A stretch of 63,611 nt of DNA, filler included, from Reticulomyxa filosa (GCA_000512085.1; 13 parts of 13 records of this genome joined end to end with filler, not necessarily neighbours in it), one strand, 5' to 3'; numbered from the whole stretch's first letter, positions 35,620-49,665 are shown. Numbers and translations are program-made. Notes: generated by a model not told the origin, from the sequence alone.

Positions 35620-38427
35620 ATATCCCTTGACAGTGGAAGATGACCAAACAATTCTGTCAGTAATGACAATAAGAAAAAACAGTTGGAAGATATAGAAAAA
35701 GTTTTGTCACTGATTCGAAAAGCAGATGACAAGAGATTAGCAAAGCGAAAAGGATTGACAGAAGCAAAGATTACTGAAGCATATAAGCAATACTATCTCG
35801 ATGAGGTACGCGAAAATAATATTTTTTTTCCCCGACCATGGGCATATTATTTGTTGTGTGACATTGAATACAGAAAATGTATGAAATAACGTTGCAGAGC
35901 GTCCGTTGGGCTTTAGTGTGATCTAGTGTTATCAATCCAAAACGCAGAGAAGACCAAGACGAGGATGAAAATCTCATCTCGAATGTACAAAGTGAACAGA
36001 CGAAGAGTCTATGATCTAAAATACAAAGAAATATTGAAAATCGTGGATTCCTTCAAATGCCCTTTTTACATCGTTTTCAAAGCAGTACATTTTCTTTACT
36101 TAGCCAGGTTTTTAGTCTCAAAGAAAATATAGAGAATAAAAAAGTATATGATAGAGATGGCACGTTGTACATTGCATTTGATAAAAAAAAAGGCAAAAGA
36201 CAACAAGCAACATAAAAAAGCGCATTAAATGACTTGACTCGAGGTAATGTGGTACACCATGTATTTATTTATATATTGACATGTGTAACGTTGTTTGCAA
36301 GTCAACGGGAGACAGTGATTACGAAGAGAGTAAAAGCAGCAGCTACTCGAGCGACGACGATATTAGATATTTGGAACAGTACAATACACGCAAGCAACAA
36401 GACCCACAAAACAGGAAAAAGCGAGTCAGCAAAGGGATATTCAAATTTAATGAAATCGATATGTGGGATGAAGGAGACTTGGACACTGAAAAAAAGGAAA
36501 TGTTCAAAGAACTTGCCAAACTTATGGTTACTATCACTGTGTCTAATGTCGAACCAACTACAGAAGTTTCGAATTTTTTTTTCTTCACTCCTTATACACT
36601 AGTCTTTATTATTTTCCAAAAAAAAAAGTGTACGTAATTACAATTGGGATGCTGAATGGGGAAAAAAAACAAAGCTAACATTAAAAGCGATGTTTCAAAC
36701 TCAAAAAGCAACGCTGTCGAAATTAGTAGACCATACTCCGACGGGAGGAGACAACAAAGTGACGACTTTTGATATGGCTAAACTGTGCAAGGGCGATGAC
36801 AAACATCGCGCTCCACACGATCCGGAAATCCTTCAATATCTGCAAGATTTGATTGGTAGCGAAGACAAGCGTTTTTCGAAATCGACATCTTCGGCTGCAG
36901 GTCACGCGTGGTATTATGACAACTTGTCACACGAGAATCAAGATCATCTGTCCATTCATTCTGAGTCTTTAGAAAATACTCATGGATTACATTTAGACCT
37001 GACTTCGAAAGATAATTGTTATGTGTATATCAAATGAAAAAAGGCAATGCTCTAGTTCGCTTCATTTGTGTTTTTATTTTTTATCTGTTTATTGAATACC
37101 GCTGTACTCATTTGCAAATATAATGTATAAATTGCAATCTCGTCAGCAGGTATCGTACGTTTTGAAGATTTTGTCCGACGCTACAAAGTTGGGTTTGCTT
37201 CACATTTGCAAGGGTAGTGAAATTGCAACACACTTCTACTTTTTTCTCAATCATTTTGCACAATGTTGACTCAGACGAGGACTTGCCGCCACAGTTTGCG
37301 CCAGCAATTGCAGCTGGTTGGGCAACCGTTCCAAGTATACGTCGTTTTTTTTTTTTGTCAACGGCACTATCTATTTTTGTTTTTTTTGTTAAAAATAAAC
37401 AGACAAAAACAAGCAAAGGAAGTAAAAGAACTTAACGTTGCAACATTTGATACTGCTTTCAAAATTGCGGCGAACTTGTGGACAATTTGGACTTTGTGCA
37501 AATGTGTGCTTGATAATCGCTTGATGATTGCTTGAATGGTACAGCGATACTTGTGGAAAAAAAAATTTGCAGTGGCTGCAGTTAGTGTTGATGTTTGTTG
37601 CTACGTTGTACCAAAACAATTCACAGCCAATGCTCACAATCGATATTCGCTCCATGCTGTTGCACGATCTATTCCATGATTGCGTACTTATAATTACATC
37701 CACCTTGCCATTCTTCGATATGCTGTTAGTTTTGTTTTTTTAAAAAAAAATCAGTTCTAAATAAAATACATAACATACACAATTCATCTTCTCCCCTTCA
37801 TATTTCTTGATATAAGTAAACATCCCTTTTTTTTTCATGATCATTTTTTTTTTCATTTGTCTTTTTGTCACTGTTATGTACCTGAATGTCGCTGATGTGA
37901 ATATCCATTTGTAAGCTGTCAGTTGTATAGTCGAAGGGGACGTGATTACACTCATTGTCGACATTTTGGATTGCAATTTCTTTTTGGACTGGTTTGTATT
38001 TGCACTTAGAGTGCTTTGGGAAATACGTATAATTTTATTTGTTAGTTAAATCGATTTATTGTTGGAAATTTGCAATGATATATTTGCCATGTTGTTGCGT
38101 AATTGTATGCATTGCTTAAATATCAACCTTTCCAGTTTCCACATGTGATTGAGCAATGTGCCACGTGATATTGCCATTATGTTCACATTGATATGTTGAT
38201 TAAAATGTTTTTGTTTGACCGCCTCAATTGTATTCGCTGTGACGTTAAGCGCAAGTGAGAGAAATACATTCAATACATGCAGCGCCACCAACACCAACGA
38301 CGATTTCATGCTGCCGTTTGAACAACTGAAGGCTTTCACTCAAGATTTTCTCCTCCGTTTGTCCCCTCCACTTCTACTGAGCACACCGAAACAGAAAGAC
38401 TTTCAATGGGCAATAAAGCCACTTTAA
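35620..38427 (+). pseudogene. Multi-exon gene of unknown function with in-frame stops and frameshifts
   Basis: Series of exon-like ORFs (35683-35889, 36281-36637, 36690-37037, 37528-37743, 38215-38427) with GT-AG introns; TGA stops in the exon at about 35900-36085. Confidence 0.4.
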
Positions 38428-39228
38428 GATAAAAATGAGAAAAATTTGTGGCAAACGAATGCATTTGTGAAACTTTAAATGGATTGCAAACGATTTATGG
38501 AAATACCAAGTTGATTGGAAATGAATTTGTTTTGTGTACATTCACTACAGCCCAAGACGAAAACAGTTGAACCTTTTCTAATTTAAGAACTCTTTTTACT
38601 TAAGAAGATAAACATGTATAGGTTAAAGAAAAACATGATTTTCAATCAAAGAAAAATGCAATGGAAAAATTGGTTATAGTAAATATTTCAACGATTTCCA
38701 AAAAAAAAAGCAAGAACAAAACGTTTGAAGCAGCCAGCTGCAAAAATGCTCACTAACCATTCCACCATCTTTCATATCATCAAATTTATAACTGTGTATG
38801 CGTTTGTGTATTGTGTATATCGCAATCGTTTTACATTTATTTCTTTTTTTTTTTTTTTTGATTGGGTGAAAAAGTAAATCATCTGAAAAAATTGATTGGT
38901 TGCATTTTGGCTTGTAGACAAGTGAACAAGATGAGAAATCCCTCCAAAAAAAGATACATGTACAACTCCAGTCTCTTATAAATACATTCGTCGTTGTCTC
39001 ATGCATCCCAGCACAACGTCATTCGGTGTTGTTCTTTGTGAGAACACACATAGATCTAATCGGGCTGAGACAAGCCTGGCAAGAGAAAGAATGTACTTTG
39101 ACAGGCTCGTGATGATACACCGTTTCAAATATCATTATCCAAGCGATCAACTCCAATGATGGTCATGACTTTGCTGAAGTAAGAGTTCATGTGCTTGGGG
39201 ATCGAAATCCCATTTCTCACTGACCTTT

Positions 39229-39660
39229 TCAACAATACATTCCAAATTTGCAATGGCCATTGCAATGATGAGTTCGGCTAAGTGTGAGCTCCTCCTTGGA
39301 AAGGTACTTGAACTGGCCACGTCCATCGGGCATGATCAAGATGTTGTCGGGATGAGTGTCAATTTTGAACCCTCTATTTTTGAAGATTTGATACTCATGC
39401 ACTAACAACGGCGTTTTCAGAAAAAGCACCAGATTGGGCACCACGGGTACGTCATGCGAGAGATAGGGCGCTGACTCTGATAACCTGTCAGACCAAGTCA
39501 GCGGGATAAACAGCAGAGTAAGCATGGTCACACTTACGTATCGCGTAGTGTTCCACAATACATTGCGTTTGAATATAACTAAGTTATTTGGGTTTTGGCG
39601 AGCTTTATTTCGGCTGTGCACATATCTTACGTTTTCGAATGGCATAAGTACTTCCCCCAA
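39229..39660 (-). CDS. Hypothetical protein fragment (probably frameshifted or a pseudogene)
   Basis: 143-aa ORF with coding-like GC content; the flanks continue in other frames. Confidence 0.35.
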   Translation of the reverse strand: MGEVLMPFENVRYVHSRNKARQNPNNLVIFKRNVLWNTTRYVSVTMLTLLFIPLTWSDRLSESAPYLSHDVPVVPNLVLFLKTPLLVHEYQIFKNRGFKIDTHPDNILIMPDGRGQFKYLSKEELTLSRTHHCNGHCKFGMYC

Positions 39661-42244
39661 TGCAAGTATACGTAGACCATTCTTTTCTTTTTTTTAAAAC
39701 AGTTTTCGCAAAAAAAAAGAAATGACCACATTGAGGCTACGCAGAATACTCCACTGTTTTTCATTGCACATGTTCTGATTTGAAATTTGTTTTGTTATGT
39801 GTTTTCATTAACTTGGCCGAAGGGACATTTATGAGCATCCAAGTCTTGGCAAATTATAAATTGATCGTTGGAAGCTAATGAAGAATATGTCGATATTTTG
39901 GCCAACGTCTTGTCGTGTTGTCATTTATTGTGATTTTTTTACTTGGCAAAGGTCTCCTTTGAAAGGACTGCTTATTGAAATCGTTATGATGTTTTTTTTT
40001 TTAAGCAACGTCACAATTTTTTCAAATCTGAACTCACCAGTTATACTAACCTTTCAAAAAGCAAAAGGAATTTAAAAACAAATTTGTGGACAATACTGTG
40101 ATCGAGTTGGTTTCACAGAAATAAAAAAACCTCCTTTCTGAACCTATTAAATGATAAAAACCCCCTTCATCTCCTTTATGTTGGATATGAAGGCCTCTGC
40201 CATAAAGAATAGAAAATCGCAAAAATGAGCCGACATTAAGAAACTGACGAACATATGAATTGAAAAATGACAGTGGACGGTTGAGCAAAAAGGAGAAATG
40301 GCGTGGACGACCAAGATCATTTAAACGCCACGTTCCCGTAGGATACCCAAAAGGTCCACCGAAATTGAAGCGCCTGACAAAAATTTGTAACAATTTACTA
40401 ATCCAATGATGAAAAGGTTTTAGGAAGGGGAACAAAGAACCCGTCAAGAACGAAGAAGAAGAGAGCTAGAACAAATGATCCAAAATCACTTGACTCTATC
40501 TTCGATCGAGGGATGAGAGTATTGTGATTTCCACAATCAACGCAGAATATACGTACCCCTTTATGAACTGGGTATGTGGTTTGGAGGCACTCCATATTGC
40601 AGAGAATATACGTAGCCCCACCATCGTAGTGACCACTGAAAAAGAGTCGGAGCATGTCTTGGTGCGTTTGATGGGTTTCCAAGTCGTGCGAGGAGGTTGA
40701 TTGGATATAAAAATTCAGAAAGAGGAAGCCGAAGAACTACAAATTGTACGTTCGTTCCTATTTTTATGACACTTTTGACGACGTTGAAATGCCTTGTGAT
40801 GGACTAGTTGATAACGTCAGCCCCGGCAACTCAGGTTTTATTCACACACTTCGCTGATGGTAATAATAATACTATTAAACCACGTTATCATTTATATTTA
40901 ATCAAAAATAATTGTTATTATTTTATGTATGTATTGTGCAACCTCTTCAAATCAATTCATTTTATTAAGTGCTCTTTGAATGTTTTTGAGAAATGGCTAT
41001 CCAAGAACAATTTATGATAAAAGAACTAAATAGTATTATATTTTTTAAAGTATATGATTAAAATTTATTTATACTCCACTATCAAAAACGATATTTCTCT
41101 AAAAAAAGCTTTCCAATTAACGGGTACTTAGATTAGCAAAATCAACTGTTTGATTTTTCAAGTCTGCCAAACACACAATACCTTATAATTTACAATGTAT
41201 GGAAACTAATCTGAAAACTTCTTGTTTTATTTTTATGAAAATTAATTATTAATTTTTTTTTTTTTATTGTAGCACTAAATAATAAGAATTATTATTCAAC
41301 AGTAAAAGAAACCCAAATATTCAATTATGCGCTTGTAATTAATAGATACAGGATATTTCATTATATCAATTAGATAACATTAGCAGCCAAAACTGTGAAA
41401 TATAGGGCAAGCCCTTTACTGTAATTTAAAGCATTGTGTTGACCAAGTGAAGGCGAACTGACACAATATTAACTTAAGGCAGGCACTTTAACAAGATAGA
41501 TAGTTTTTTTCATCAATACCACTCCTTGTTTTGAAAAGACATTCAACTTTAAAAAAAAGAACTTAACATTGTGAGAAAAGTTATATAATGGAAATACAAA
41601 AACACCGTCGTCTTTCCATGTATTAAAAATAAATTGCTTCCCCTCCTTAAAGAAAACAAAAACCAATAAAAACACTTTGCTCTTTATTGATATAACCCTA
41701 AATCAGTTTCACAGTTTACAAAATTTTTCTTGTCCACACTTCTCTATGTGACGTGCAAAACGAAATTCGTTTACCTTTTGAATCGAACCTTTGAACCCAA
41801 ACACAGACAAATAATTTATTTTTTTTGTACATATACACATATATATACAAAAAAAGAACATAAATGACGTACTTTCCGTTGTCACTGTCAAACAAGCAAG
41901 GAGCCCCTTCTTTCATCTTTAGCAAAGCCGATTGACTCGAATACTTTGTGGGATGCCACATTATTGTTCTTGTCACGATTTGCACATTGCAACTGATACA
42001 TTCCCGATTTGGCATATATCAATCCGTTCCTTAAACGTGATGGGAGCAACACTAATGTCCCTACATAATCGCCACAACATCCACTCCCAACCTCTCCACT
42101 TATTAACTCACTCTGTATTTTTTCCCTTTCGTTTTATTNNNNNNNNNNNNNNNNNNNNNNNNNNNNNNNNNNNNNNNNNNNNTTAATTAATTAANNNNNN
42201 NNNNNNNNNNNNNNNNNNNNNNNNNNNNNNNNNNNNNNTTAGGT

Positions 42245-42590
42245 ATGGCAGTTTTTTTTGCAATCTACTGTATAAAGAAAAGAAGAACAAATGAACAAAC
42301 TTCGCAAATGCAAATACAAATGCAAGTTGATGTGCGGGAAAGTGAAAAAAAAATCAAAGAGACATTAGAAAAATATGGATATTCAATTGAACAGGTCAAC
42401 AGAATGCAAATTGTTATTGCGACATCATCAAAACGAGATGATGTGATGAAGTTACTACAAGACAAGGAAATACATATTGGATACTCACAAGCTGTCATAT
42501 TTGACAAGAACAAGTCAAGATATTAGTGTCATTTCAAGCAATGTAAAAATTGCTTCAAATTGAACCACATTGCGAAAGAATGTTCAAAAA
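42245..42590 (+). mobile_element. LINE ORF1 (gag-like) fragment with a CCHC zinc knuckle
   Basis: CKNCFKLNHIAKEC = CX2CX4HX4C, lying just past an in-frame stop at 42526. Confidence 0.75.
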
Positions 42591-42592
42591 AA

Positions 42593-43830
42593 TTTTTTTT
42601 TTTAGATGGGTTGCAGTGGGGACGTGTCAAGTGTTGGACTACTATCTCGCTTCATCTTCAATTCGCAATGCTTTTTGCCCTCTCTACCTGCATAAACTCA
42701 GGCCTTTCTAATTAAAAGAGCAAACCGTTCTAAGAAATAGAACACAGCACTCAAAAGAAAAACAAAAACAAAAGAAAGACACACCAAATCTTACAACGAC
42801 CAAAAGGCCCATGCAAAACAATTAACAGAAAAATAATAAAGTTAGATTTGTCTTGAAGAAACTTGATAATTGTTCAAGATTACGAACTTGGCTGCTGTTC
42901 ACAACTTTGATCTTGACATCTGGTTTCCACGTTTCATCGACAGAGACAATACATTGATATCTGGGAGCAATTTTTGGACATTTATCCACTTGCGACGTAG
43001 TTCTTGATAACGTAAACATTCCATCAAGAGATATTCGACAGTCTTTTCTTCACACCAAATACGATCAGGTCGTAATTCCATTTGTTGGATATTCCAACCA
43101 CAGACATTGTGGCATATATGGATGTTGAATGGGCATTATTTCAATTTACATTGGCGAAATATTTGGGATTGGATGTGAATCTGGTCCAACTGCCGGCACT
43201 CCAGCATCAGCTTCATGGATACAGCCACGAGATAATGTCGACAATTTACCAATCAATGATATATAATTCAGATGGCTCCTTTTGGTCAGGACACTAGATT
43301 TCCACACAACACTATACATAACCTAATACATTGAACGTATTAGGCATGTTATTGAATGATCGTGATGATGAATGTAAATTTTTTCGACATAACACTACAA
43401 ATCTTCCTGTCTCAATCCAGTGATGAAAATAAAGATACTGGATATTATAATCGACGTTCCTCTTCTTTGATCTAAATCCTTCTTGCAATAAGCAGATATA
43501 TGTCTGCTTCTGATGCAAGTTTTGCTCTAATATTTGGGCCTTGGAATAAAATCCGTTGATTTTTCTGGAATATCAACATAATACTGTTATATATCTGTAT
43601 TCATATCAGTGTTTAATACTGCTTTCATCTCTTCAATTTCTCGTTTCAGTGAGGAAATTTCATCTGCACCTTTTCGATTATTATTCTGTGATCTTTGAAT
43701 TAATTTATTTTCTACAATTTGTTATTCTTGTTTTTGCTCTTCCAAGTTTTTCTATTATTTTGAATCACTTCTTGCGCCGACATTTCGATAATTCTTTAAA
43801 CCAATACTTATATCTTTCTTTTTTAAAAAA
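42593..43830 (-). mobile_element. Internally deleted LINE of the same family as 30847-32184, with a poly(A) tail
   Basis: APE endonuclease start (INGFYSKAQIL...ICLLQEGF), a pre-RNase H segment homologous to 31020-31200, C-terminus WINVQKLLPDINVLSLSMK matching about 32020-32080, a 3' UTR and an A-run at 42593-42603. Confidence 0.8.
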
Positions 43831-44408
43831 AAATATCAAGCCCCCTCATAATCATTGGCAGTCAATAGCCAAAAACAGGGGTAAAAAAGCCAGCACTTTA
43901 GGGAATGGGCACAATGTCCAAAATACATCTCCCATGGCGGCATGGCGANNNNNNNNNNNNNNNNNNNNNNNNNNNNNNNNNNNNNNNNNNNNTTAATTAA
44001 TTAANNNNNNNNNNNNNNNNNNNNNNNNNNNNNNNNNNNNNNNNNNNNTTTTTTTTTTTTTGAGATTTATTGAAAAATATATTTTGCTCCGAATTTGGAT
44101 GCAAAAAACTTATCAAACAAGGAGGGACCTTGGTATCACAAAAAAAGTTGCATTCTTTGTTGCTAAAAATTGTATTTCTTGAAATGGAAGAAAAAAATTG
44201 AGCATTGTTCAATTATAACCAAAAAATGGTGTTATTAAAATGGAGTGATGTGTTTATTTGAAAAATATAGGAAATTTTTTAAAATCTAAACATATTCTCT
44301 TTCTCTCACGAATTATATGAACTAAATTCAAAGTGACTCACCACAACTCGGTTGTGTTAAAATCTAATAACTAACTGAACCTTATAAAGCAATAGGAAAA
44401 AAGGGGGG

Positions 44409-45440
44409 TCACCACCCCACTTTTCCTTTTTCAGCATTTGTTTTGGGATCAGAAGTGAACTTTTGCAAAAAGTTGAGAATTTCGCTAAACTGATTTTGAG
44501 CATTTCGAACATCGACAATATACAATGCTCGCAAAATGATTGTCGCCGCATCAACCATTTCATCTGTTGGTTTTTTTTTTTAAAAAAAAAAATATATTAC
44601 TAATAATAATATATTATATATATATATAATATATTATTATTACCTCCAGTAGAAAAGTTGATCATTTCGGGATAGAATCGAATAATATCTTTGTAAGATT
44701 GAGTGCGCACCCAATGATCGTCATCATTCGAGGTTTTGGAGTGTTGTGTATTGACTTTGTCTTTGATATACTCTTCATAATTTTTGATGGACATGGGATT
44801 GAATTTGTCTTTGATAAAAGTCAAAATGGTCTGACACGTGACTGCATTGTCGGTGGGATGCATAGGTATACGTAGAAACGCACACAAGTCTTTGAGTGCA
44901 TTATTCATCTCTTTCGTCGAGCCACAATTCTCCAATTCGTACACTGTCTTTTCTTTTCGACGAATTGGCTTTCTCTCATTCAATTCGTCTTTGTGGTCGC
45001 TATATTCGCATAGAATCGCTTCTGATAACATCCAGTCGATTATGTACGTCCACTCAAGTTCTTGCGCTTTCATCTGTTCTTTGTCTTCCTTATTCGTCGA
45101 TGACGATGTGCTTTTCAATCGGTATGGCGAGTCCAATTCTTCCAAGTAGTCGTTCAAACACTCGTCCCATTTTGCGCTTTCCGTCTTTTTTAAGGGCCCT
45201 CTTGCTTCGACGCTGTAATGTCGAATCTTTGTTTGCTCGAGCCATACTACTAAGGCTTGGATGTGCTGTCGATCTTGTTTTTTTTTTTATCCTATGTTTT
45301 TTTTTTTCCTTCCCTCTCTCCCTTCCTTCTTTTTTTAGTAAAAAAAAAAACGCAAGAATGAAACTGGATATGTCGAAATTTTTCCAATCTGCATACTTCA
45401 AGGCAGCCAATTTACGGCGGAAAGGTGATATTCTCGACAT
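44409..45440 (-). CDS. RTRAF: RNA transcription, translation and transport factor (C14orf166/CGI-99), tRNA-ligase complex subunit
   Basis: FRRKLAALKY, VVWLEQTKIRHY, YLEELDSPY, IDWMLSEAILCEY and ILRALYIVDVRNAQ...DPKTNAEKGKVGW*; three exons. Confidence 0.9.
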
Positions 45441-45779
45441 TTAAATAATGTCAATTTAAATAGGTTTTTTTATTTGATCCTCCTTTGAGGTTTCCCCTTT
45501 TCACGCCGTGACCAAAAATACGACTAAAAACAAGGTACAGCAAACAATGTTATTGAGGTGTTGTATCCTCTTGAACATTCCCCTACTAAGCGTCTTTCTC
45601 GTACATCATCAGAAATTATTCTCTTTACAATAAAAATATTTTAACAACCAAACAATATCCTTTTCTGTGAAGCAGTAACTCGAGTGCACTGCTGTGAGCA
45701 AAGTTCTTTTGAAACATTTTTGTTGAACAGAACAATTTTTTCCTTCCCCCTTTTTCTGAATAAATTCAATTGGAACAAC

Positions 45780-47117
45780 ATGACCTCCACAGAAAATTTT
45801 GGGACACTGGAAAAATTCAAAATCTTAGATACTCGAAGTCGAGAAGATTTTGGTTAAGATGTAAAATAATTTTTTACAATATTTGTGTTACTGAGGTGGC
45901 AGTTGAAAGGACAGTGTACAGAAGAGAATAGGAGACAAAATAAAACAAACAAACAAAAAGCAAAGAAGAGCTTGAAAAACTCATGCAACATTCCCTTTGA
46001 AGAATTGGAACCACGTTTGTATGAGTTACCAGACAAAGACATTGAATTGATATTAGTGGGCTCGCAAGAGAGTAGGAATTATTTAGTAAGCAAAGGGTGG
46101 GACAAGTTGATCCACATTCCTTGCTCATTGTGCACGACAAAAAGTGGCAATGAATTGCCATTGAGTCTCTTCAACGAAACAATAGAGGCAACCGAATCAA
46201 CAACACAAGCAAACAATAATAATAATAATAATAAAGAAGAGAAGTATACGTATATCCCTTTATTCGATCCTTGCCCCATTTTATCTCAACATATGGACAC
46301 AATAATGTCCGAACTCCTTGCCCACAAAAAAGATGTCAATAACAATAAAAAAGAGTCAGTAAGTAATAATAATAATCCCACTATCAATATTTGTGACATT
46401 GGCTGTGGGGCTGGCCGTGACGATATATGGTTGCTATGGAAATACGTGAGATATATTGAGGAGGCCACTTGTGTGGACTTCAATCCCTCTTGCTTGCAGC
46501 GATTGTTGCAACTGTCAAAGCATGTGTTTGCGTCGAATGCCGACAGCAAATTGAATGTAATCAAATGTAAAATCCGTGGCGATGGAGTGCTCTGCAATTA
46601 TCCATCGATCGATGCCAAAGCACCATTTTTATCGTATAACATTAAAACGGATGAAACAAAGTGGCTACAATCTGCCAACAAAAAACAACAGAGTGACTCC
46701 AAAACAAGCGATCCTGACAAACATATCCCGCCATTGTCAAAGTTTGAGTTTTATCGAAAAAACGTTTGATATCGTTTTGAATATCCGTTTTTTGGAACGA
46801 ACGATGCTCTATGAATGCATACCTTATATGGTCAAACAGTTTGGATTTGTCATCATTTGGCAGTTTTTAGAAGGGGCTGAAAAATATGGATCCCCAAAAA
46901 ATCCGAGTCGTTTGTTGAAAAGAAAAATGAATTGAAACACCTATTTGTCGGGGAAAATGCTGATAAAATTTGGACCAACAAAAAGTCCAGAACGTCCAAT
47001 CTCGTCACTAACAACTCCTTTGTTTTCAAAATCTGGGCTGATGAAGAAATGCTTTTGAATGACGGTCGACCTATGGCTGCTTTCATTGCTCAAAGACTGC
47101 CATTGTCACAAAAGTAA
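45780..47117 (+). CDS. Rhodanese-like domain fused to a class I SAM methyltransferase (TehB-like)
   Basis: ILDTRSREDF...SCNIPFEELEPRLYELP (rhodanese); ICDIGCGAGRDDIWL (motif I); FDIVLNIRFLER; DGRPMAAFIAQR. Two apparent frameshifts near short homopolymers. Confidence 0.75.
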
Positions 47118-47325
47118 ACTTTTTTATTCTTTGGAATTGGACTCTTTTTGGCTCTGTTCTTTCCTTAGCCGTTTTGTTTAATCTTTTTTTTCACAGGTGA
47201 CATACAATTTTTGTAAAAAAAGTAAATTATTTCAAAAGTTTTCCAATTTGGGAAAGCCCTTTCAACTTCAAAAAATAATAATAATAAGTTAATAAAAAAT
47301 CAAGGTCAGAAAGCGAATATTCCTG

Positions 47326-48519
47326 TTAATGTTTGATTATTGACTTACTCCTGACTTGTTTCAGGACGATTTTTGGATTTCTTCTTTTTTTTGTTTTACG
47401 TTGTTTTTCACTTGGTTCCTCCACCGTAGAGTTTTGGGTGGTGTCAGTGCTAGTGGTCTCCTCTTGGAGTTTCTCTGTGGATAAAGCGTTAACATTTTTG
47501 GAAGCCTCTGGTTTAACATTTTCCTGGCTTTTTTGCATCAAATCCTCAAAGGTCTTAAGTTGGGCTTTTTTATTGCTCAAAAGCAAAACATCTTTTTTCG
47601 AGCACGGTTCGTCACACACTGGACACGCTTTCTCCTTTGAGTAATTTAAGCACATTATATACATACAATATATTTAAAGAAGAATCCAATTACATTAATG
47701 TGGGTAGTATCCCTCTCAAAATATTGCAAGGCGACAAAGGTTAAAAGTGTGTCCAAAACTTGTGCGCAATGCAAGTTGACACATTTCAAACAAATGATAT
47801 GTCCACATTGCCTCAAGCAAGTGAATTTTAATGGATCCTCTGTGGGCTGTATTGTTGATATGCCACAATTGTAACACTGGCGTTTCGGATGTAATTTGCA
47901 AGGTATCATATTTTTAATACTATTTTTTTTTTTTTGGTAAGTAATACAAGTTTCGAAAAGTTTGAAATTGAATTGGAAAAAAGGTTTGAACAAACGTGAT
48001 GGAAACACCGCATGCTGGACATACGGGAACCAATTTTGTACAGTCACGGTTTTCATTTGATTGCTGTTTGTTTGTTTGTTTGTTTGTTTTTAAGCTGTTT
48101 CGTTATGTTGCTCTTTTCATTCGTATAACAAATTTCAATCATTGTTCCATTGATCAATTATTGCTTTTAGTGAACCTTGTCCCTTTTTTTTTTTTGAGTA
48201 ACATTTAACTTGCTCCTTTCTACGACGTTGTAATCGGAACCCTTTTTGTTGGCTAATGTATTGAAAATACACCCTTTGCAAAGCATATCTCCATTCGGAC
48301 TGACCAATCATTTTTTTATTTTTGTTTTTTGTCCTTAATCTTTTCTTGTTTTTTCTTTTTTTTTTTTGCGTAATTATAGTTTGTTTTGTAACGTGTCGGT
48401 AGGGGTACCAACCATACAAACGGGTATTCCGGGACTTTTAGACACAATATACAGATATCTATCTGTTTTTGTCCAAAAACAAGGACATTTTTCTTGCCAT
48501 GAAGCTGGTGGGCTTGCAT
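47326..48519 (-). CDS. NOSIP/RTF2-like RING protein (multi-exon)
   Basis: DICILCLKVPEYP/LVSPNGDMLCKGCIFNTLANKK, CPACG, CLRQCGHIICLKCV and CPVCDEPCSKKDVLLL. Confidence 0.55.
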
Positions 48520-48757
48520 TTGTAAGATGCAAATGGACTATATAAAAAAAAAGGGGTCCTTCAGAATTTCTATTAATTTTTTTAAGCAAATTTTAAAATG
48601 TGTTAAGAACCGATACATAATGTCCGCATGTGTTTCTTGTTTTGAGTTAATTTGTTTCTTCATTTATTTTATTTTTAAAAAAGCAAAGTGTTTGTGTAAT
48701 GTCTCACGGTAGTGCGAATTCGAAAAATAAAACAAGATAATTAAGAAAAGAAGAAGA

Positions 48758-49665
48758 TTAAAGAAATCTGTTAGGTCTGAATAACGTCTGTGAAAAGTGG
48801 AGAGGAGGAACAAGGACAGGTCCGAGAGGTGAGTACTTCATAAGAGTGGTGGCCCTTCTCCACGCCCGTGGTGTCCAAGGGTGTTGAAGTTTGGAGGCAT
48901 CACTTTGACTGATTAAAGTGGCATGAGAAGAAGAAGGAGAAGAAGAAGATTGTGCAGTTGAGAGATTGTGTTTGTCATCACCGTCATTACAACTATTGTG
49001 TCTCCATTGTTCACAAATGGACAAGTATCTGGAGTCAATCTGTTTCTCCTCCTTATCCGACCAAGAGGCTTGCATACAAGAACGTGTGGAAAACAGTTTT
49101 CCAACGTATTGGTATTCCAATACATCTTTCTTCCATTCGTCATGGGGCAGCTTGCCCGGCGTTATGTCCGCATACACTGGAGGCACATACTCGGGCAGTC
49201 CTTTCAAATACCCTTGCGTCTTCAATCGCTCGTGGAGATATCTTGCCAATCTCATCTCTCCAAGTGTTATTTTCCTTCTCATTGGTGCGCTAAGAGTTTT
49301 TAAAAAATTACAAAATTCAATACATTTTTTTTTTATTTTTTTATTTTTTATTTTTTTTAAGTTTGTTTTTATCTTAACGCTGGAACCAATCCCGCAACTT
49401 CCAAAATATGATAAGCTCCACGTGTTATTCGCACACCGGTGCCGATCCAATATTTGACACGCTCCACTTTCAATCGGATGTAACGCTTGCCTCGCGAGTC
49501 GGTGTACGCTTGGTAGTAACCCAAATCTTCCATATATTTCCCGTCCGGTCGACCCCCGCGGTTATGTCGGATCACTAACTGGTATTGTGGATAGTTTCGA
49601 GTCCCTCGGCGGGCCAGATGCATCACTAGCCCCGGACCTCCCACATTTGGCATCTTTTTCCCCAT
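48758..49665 (-). CDS. MRPS16: Nuclear-encoded mitochondrial ribosomal protein S16 with a long C-terminal extension (intron 49290-49378)
   Basis: LARRGTRNYPQYQLVI...RPDGKYMEDLGYY...IRLKVERVKYWIGTG is the bS16 signature. Confidence 0.85.

Noticed and set aside
40160-42100. Coding-like GC-richer patches at 40160-40830 (+) and 41700-42100 (-)
   Set aside because: Many stops in all frames and no identifiable motif; likely pseudogene debris with no supportable product call.
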